From an uncultured virus (IMG/VR IMGVR_UViG_3300032608_000348) (taxonomy: Duplodnaviria; Heunggongvirae; Uroviricota; Caudoviricetes), in IMG/VR virus record IMGVR_UViG_3300032608_000348: DNA of 20,000 nucleotides; one strand, 5' to 3'. Positions within the stretch are counted from its first letter, which is position 1; every line of letters begins with the position of its first letter. The notes beneath the pieces were generated by a model that was given only the letters and a program-made list of their open reading frames with translations, was not told the DNA's origin and searched no databases. The position numbers and the translations under genes are program-made. Of the stretch, positions 16,380 to 20,000 are shown in pieces.

Positions 16380-16600
16380 ATCTCAAAGATGTACGTCCTG
16401 GAACGGTTGTACAATTGGATTGCGGCTGTATAGTGGTCACTTCAGCGCTGGGCGACCGCAAACACCGCTACGTGATGCAAGAAAGCGGTGTGCCGCTCCG
16501 TACTGCGTCCAACCAAGAAGTGGAAGTCTTTGGCGTGGCGTGGGCTGCTGACCTTGCGGCTGTGCTGATTGCGCACGTGAAGAAATCACTCCAGCGCTAG
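16376..16600 (+). CDS. hypothetical protein
   Basis: AAGGAG SD, ATGA overlap; stop TAG inside Box A copy 4 (16583-16608). Confidence 0.7.
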   Translation: MNLKDVRPGTVVQLDCGCIVVTSALGDRKHRYVMQESGVPLRTASNQEVEVFGVAWAADLAAVLIAHVKKSLQR

Positions 16601-16631
16601 ACAGAAACTGAAAAATCCAAAGGAGAAAGCA

Positions 16632-16844
16632 ATGACAAGTCCAGATTTTAGATTGAGAGTGCATTTTGGAGAAATGGAAACGACCTATGAGATGCTTGTT
16701 GGAGAGCAATCACTGGGAAGCCGTTATTGGCGCTGCCATAGTCCGCTTCCTGCCACCAGGAAGACAGCCATTCTTTTTGAAGAGCTTAAGGCAGCCCTGG
16801 GGCGGTTTCATAATAGGGTTAGGGAGGAGGGAAAGTCCAAATGA
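16632..16844 (+). CDS. hypothetical protein
   Basis: AAGGAG SD, 70 aa. Confidence 0.7.
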   Translation: MTSPDFRLRVHFGEMETTYEMLVGEQSLGSRYWRCHSPLPATRKTAILFEELKAALGRFHNRVREEGKSK

Positions 16845-17016
16845 AGTCCAAACTTACTATCATTCTTCTGGTGTTGCTCTTAGTGGCCTGCGGCGGCACA
16901 GTGGCCACGCCCACGCCAACACCTACGTCATACGAGGTGGCTATAGTGGACGTGCTCAGCCAGTATGCCCAAGCGATAACGCGCCTCAAGAAATCTATCC
17001 AGCGCCGGAGTGATTT
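16841..17016 (+). pseudogene. lipoprotein N-terminal fragment ending at Box A copy 5
   Basis: LVAC lipobox + ATPTPTPT linker; frame runs through the palindrome and the tRNA to a stop at 17143. Confidence 0.5.
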
Positions 17017-17038
17017 TAACACTCTCTCTCAACCAAGA

Positions 17039-17110
17039 AGGGGCGTAGTCCAACTGGCAGGACAGTGGCCTTTGAAGCCAAAGATGCAGGTTCAAATCCT
17101 GCCGCCCCTG
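17039..17110 (+). tRNA. tRNA-Gln(UUG)
   Basis: cloverleaf: acceptor AGGGGCG/CGCCCCT, D stem GTCC/GGAC, anticodon loop CTTTGAA, T arm GCAGG-TTCAAAT-CCTGC; no encoded CCA. Confidence 0.92.
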
Positions 17111-17139
17111 TTGCGCAAAAATTGCCACACGCTAACCTC

Positions 17140-17168
17140 TTGACAGGAACAGGGAAGTGTGGTAAGAT
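17140..17168 (+). promoter_or_regulatory. sigma70-type promoter
   Basis: TTGACA-17 nt-TAAGAT with extended -10 TG. Confidence 0.85.
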
Positions 17169-17175
17169 AGGAACA

Positions 17176-17306
17176 GTTAGGGGGAGCTACGGCGCGGCAG
17201 ACGCCGGTGAAGAGGAGCGCTCGTGCGGAGCTTCGGGGACTCGAAAAGCCTGCCACTTCTCCGTGGCAAGGCTAGATGACAGGGGAAGGACCTGTCTCCC
17301 CCTAAC
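17176..17306 (+). ncRNA. structured small RNA candidate 1
   Basis: perfect 11-bp closing stem GTTAGGGGGAG/CTCCCCCTAAC starting at the predicted TSS, with three or more internal hairpins. Confidence 0.6.
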
Positions 17307-17318
17307 AAGTACAATCAA

Positions 17319-17422
17319 GATTCCCCGCGCTGTTTGAGACGGCGGTACGCTCAATAAAGAGCAGGGGCCTAGTTGGAAGAATGGGGAAAGGGAAAACCGG
17401 GTAGACGGCAGCGCGGGGAATC
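17319..17422 (+). ncRNA. structured small RNA candidate 2 / long inverted repeat
   Basis: perfect 14-bp stem GATTCCCCGCGCTG/CAGCGCGGGGAATC enclosing 76 nt. Confidence 0.5.
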
Positions 17423-17456
17423 CTGAAAAATCAACAAGGCAGGAAAGGAGCGCAAA

Positions 17457-17810
17457 GTGATAAGGTTCTACTGTGAAAGATGCGGGAAAGAGATGTGGGA
17501 ACTGGCAGAGGAACTAGCAGGATGGGATAGCCTCCGCCATATTCCGCTTGGTAAAGTAAAACAGTTGCTTGTCTGTTCTGATTGCTTGCTTGCTGAGATG
17601 CGCGGGGGCGCAGTGCCCGTGAAGGTGAAGAAAGCCCAATACGCAATCCAGTGGGTGGATGATGAGTGCGTAGGCTACCTGTGCGCCTGTGGAGAAAAAG
17701 AGGTGCTGATTGTGTCTATCTATGAAGATTCACCTGCGCATTGCCCGACGTGTGGGAGGGCCTATGTGCTGCGCCAGTCCAACACGGTAATAGAACTTGC
17801 TCACGCATAA
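17457..17810 (+). CDS. zinc-finger protein
   Basis: AAGGAG SD, GTG start; CERC, CSDC, CAC, CPTC. Confidence 0.7.
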   Translation: MIRFYCERCGKEMWELAEELAGWDSLRHIPLGKVKQLLVCSDCLLAEMRGGAVPVKVKKAQYAIQWVDDECVGYLCACGEKEVLIVSIYEDSPAHCPTCGRAYVLRQSNTVIELAHA

Positions 17811-17857
17811 TGTATTACACCCATTTTGATGCTGCGGTGGGATTTTTTGTAGCATCA

Positions 17858-17883
17858 TAATCACTCCAGTGCTGGAGTGAAAA
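17858..17883. promoter_or_regulatory. Box A palindrome, copy 6, fused to a Box B half-site
   Basis: TAATCACTCCAGTGCTGGAGTGAAAA preceded by TGTAGCATCA, abutting SD. Confidence 0.7.
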
Positions 17884-17894
17884 GGAGACAAGCA

Positions 17895-18095
17895 ATGATG
17901 ACAGTGGAAGATATTCTGAAGCGGGTAGAGAGAATCAGGAACAGCGATGGCGACAATGAAGATATGCACTTTGATGAAGACGTGTTGTGGGAGAATGTGC
18001 TAGAAGCCATTGCGCGTGGTGCCCCCAACGCCCCAGAATTGGCACAAGCTGCCCTGCGCACAAAGGAACTGAAGTTTACGCGGTGGTATGCGTAG
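17895..18095 (+). CDS. hypothetical phage protein
   Basis: AAGGAG SD; MMTVEDILKRVERI...FTRWYA. Confidence 0.75.
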   Translation: MMTVEDILKRVERIRNSDGDNEDMHFDEDVLWENVLEAIARGAPNAPELAQAALRTKELKFTRWYA

Positions 18096-18169
18096 CAGTC
18101 CAAGGTTCAGCGCAGCAAGTGTGCATAATCTGATTGTGCATACCACCTGCGCCGAACCAAGGGGGAAAG

Positions 18170-19090
18170 ATGACATTCAAGAAGTGGCCCAATATTGAGA
18201 ACCACTACCGGGACAAGTTCATCCAAGGAGTCCTTGACCAATATCCTGAATTGGCAGATGAGGAGTTCGTGATTACTGAAAAGCTACATGGCGCTTGCCT
18301 AACTTTGGTCTTCACGCCCCATGAATCAATGCGCGTCGGCAGCCGCAACCGCTTTCTTGAGCAAGGTTCCAGATTTTATGATGTCTGGAATACACTAGGG
18401 AAATATCAAGAGATGCTTGACCACTTCCAAGAATGCGTCAACTATCGTCCCGCTACTTACCGCTGGTTCGGGGAATACTTTGGGGGCAACGTCCAAAAGG
18501 GCGTCAACTATGGGCCTAGGCATCGCATCTTGTTTTTTGGGTTAATGGTTGATGACATTCTCACGCCTTTTAATATCACGGAAACCTATGCACAGGCGTG
18601 GGGCTTTCCACTTGTCCCCATTGTTGCGCGTGTCCAAGGACTGGATAGTGCCCTAGCAATAGACACGCGCTTCAATTCTCTCATTGGCATAGGCACGGAC
18701 AATCTCTGTGAGGGTGTGGTAATTATGCCAGCCAATGGGGTTTATCACTGGAATCACAGTATCTTTATGCTCAAGAAGAAGAATCCAGAATTTGCTGAGC
18801 GCCAAAAGTCCAAACGTCCAAAGATAGTTGATGATGAAGCCATGCGCCTAAATATGCTCTTCCGAGAATATATCACTCTCCCTCGATTGCAAGGAATCTT
18901 CTCAAAGTACGGGGAGATTCAAGAGCCAGCACAAATTGGGCAATTCATCCGCTGGATGCTGGAAGATGCGCTGGAAGACTTCCTCCAGGACTATGGTGAG
19001 GAGTTCGGTACAATGGACAAGAAACAGCAAAAGCAAGTGCTCAATGTCGGTGGTCTAATTGCTGACATGTTGAAGGGGGGATACTTATGA
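18170..19090 (+). CDS. rnl2: ATP-dependent RNA ligase, Rnl2 family
   Basis: N-terminus FKKWPNIENHY (T4 Rnl2-like), motif I EKLHG, GSRN, FGEYFG, EGVVI, motif V LKKKN-x-x-F-x-E, Rnl2-like C-terminal domain. Confidence 0.9.
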   Translation: MTFKKWPNIENHYRDKFIQGVLDQYPELADEEFVITEKLHGACLTLVFTPHESMRVGSRNRFLEQGSRFYDVWNTLGKYQEMLDHFQECVNYRPATYRWFGEYFGGNVQKGVNYGPRHRILFFGLMVDDILTPFNITETYAQAWGFPLVPIVARVQGLDSALAIDTRFNSLIGIGTDNLCEGVVIMPANGVYHWNHSIFMLKKKNPEFAERQKSKRPKIVDDEAMRLNMLFREYITLPRLQGIFSKYGEIQEPAQIGQFIRWMLEDALEDFLQDYGEEFGTMDKKQQKQVLNVGGLIADMLKGGYL

Positions 19091-19302
19091 AAAGCGAATG
19101 CGTTATATCTGTTCCATACACCATTACCACCACCATTTTATGGCTTGGCATTGCTGCGAGTTTCATCATGTGGCTTTACAGCATCATTGGCGCTGACCCG
19201 CGCTTGCTGTACCTTGCGGGCGCGACGCTGGTCCCAGCAGCGGCAACGTTGTTGGCCCCTTGGCTATGCGCATACAGAAAGTCCAAAAAGGAGGGAAAAT
19301 GA
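19087..19302 (+). CDS. small membrane protein (2 hydrophobic segments)
   Basis: ATGA overlap; hydrophobic ILWLGIAASFIMWLYSII and LLYLAGATLVPAAATLLAPWL. Confidence 0.7.
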   Translation: MKSECVISVPYTITTTILWLGIAASFIMWLYSIIGADPRLLYLAGATLVPAAATLLAPWLCAYRKSKKEGK

Positions 19303-19598
19303 ACAAGAAGGAACTCCAAGAAAGGCTGTTTGCTCTATGGAAATTGGATGACTATGAACTAGAGTCTCTTTGGAGACAGGGTGAAGAATCGCTTGACATA
19401 AATATTCTGCAAAAATGGCCCAACACTGCTGTCCAGATTACATATCGGGCCAATCCGCATCAACATTACGATGGACTGGGATTTACCAAGGTCCGGTATC
19501 CTGACAAGTGGGACGCTGACTACGGCATTGGCCTGGCCGTAAAGAAGGCGCTGGCGTCCATTGCCCGCCAAATTGTGGAGGATGAAGATGGAGAATGA
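19299..19598 (+). CDS. hypothetical phage protein
   Basis: AAGGAGG SD; G-x-x-K...PD-x-WD...G..LA..KA motif. Confidence 0.75.
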   Translation: MNKKELQERLFALWKLDDYELESLWRQGEESLDINILQKWPNTAVQITYRANPHQHYDGLGFTKVRYPDKWDADYGIGLAVKKALASIARQIVEDEDGE

Positions 19599-19806
19599 TG
19601 AGGGCTGGGCACGCCCCAGCGGGTTTCACAAATGGCACTACTTCATAGAGGCACGCCCTCTCTGTGAACTAATCATAGTGGGAGCAGATGTTGCGCTGGT
19701 GCTAGAACAGGGCAATGATAACTCCCCGAATAACTGTTCTTTTTGTAGGGAGACATTGACTAAAATAAGGATGGAGAAAAGGGAGAAGAGCTATGTTGGT
19801 CATTGA
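19588..19806 (+). CDS. hypothetical protein, possible Zn-binding (WHYF...LC...CSFC)
   Basis: GGAGG SD ahead of MENDEGW. Confidence 0.7.
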   Translation: MENDEGWARPSGFHKWHYFIEARPLCELIIVGADVALVLEQGNDNSPNNCSFCRETLTKIRMEKREKSYVGH

Positions 19807-20000
19807 CATTGAAACAACCGCGAACCAAGAAATGCTGGACTTTGTAGAAGTTCCCAAAATGGTGGGTCCAGGAGATGCGCCGAAGAGTTACAAGAAGCCT
19901 GAATCCATCGCGGGGTGGATGGAAAAAGAAACCGCCAAGCGCGAGGCCGCTTATCAAGAACGTCTGAGCAGGATGGCGTTGGACATTGACTGTGCAAGAA
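19793..20000 (+). CDS. 3'-5' exonuclease, DEDD/PolB-type (N-terminal part, truncated by window)
   Basis: GGGAG SD; MLVIDIETT ExoI motif, then PKSYKKPESIAGW...ALD; frame open to the window edge; not in ORF track. Confidence 0.7.
   Translation, partial: MLVIDIETTANQEMLDFVEVPKMVGPGDAPKSYKKPESIAGWMEKETAKREAAYQERLSRMALDIDCAR

Noticed and set aside
16435..16457. TCACTTCAGCGCTGG looks like a seventh Box A
   Set aside because: Inside a CDS and right half degenerate
17184..17250. Type III hammerhead-like layout (CUA, stem, GUGAAGA, stem, GAAA)
   Set aside because: Core has G in place of C3, stem II is poorly defined, there is an extra A, and AGCC pairs better downstream
17319..17422. TTCCCCGCGC resembles the type I-E CRISPR repeat
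   Set aside because: Only about 10 nt match, arranged as one inverted pair 76 nt apart; no direct repeats or spacers

Overview
Bacteriophage-like DNA (host probably bacterial: sigma70-type promoters and strong AGGAG Shine-Dalgarno sites). Two divergent arms of short, mostly hypothetical genes: a minus-strand arm (1-4089) and a long plus-strand arm (5635-20000). They are separated by ~1.5 kb of non-coding DNA carrying back-to-back promoters and a ~550-nt highly structured RNA candidate. Recognisable genes: FtsK/SpoIIIE-type ATPase, LPD29 polyvalent-protein domain, T4 Rnl2-type RNA ligase, the start of a DEDD/PolB-type 3'-5' exonuclease, two lipoprotein-like ORFs and a tRNA-Gln(UUG). The most unusual signal is in the intergenic DNA. 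The plus-strand genes are separated by mix-and-match modules: GC-rich hairpin, then GATC, then TGGG(T/A)AAA, then one of three boxes (26-bp palindrome, 19-bp palindrome or CATATCAC box), then SD. GATC is strongly depleted elsewhere (14 sites by manual count, 12 of them intergenic). Several stop codons lie inside these motifs, suggesting a cassette-like gene-shuffling and/or methylation-linked regulatory system. Further promoter-driven structured RNA candidates follow the tRNA. All counts and folds were done by eye and need computational confirmation.
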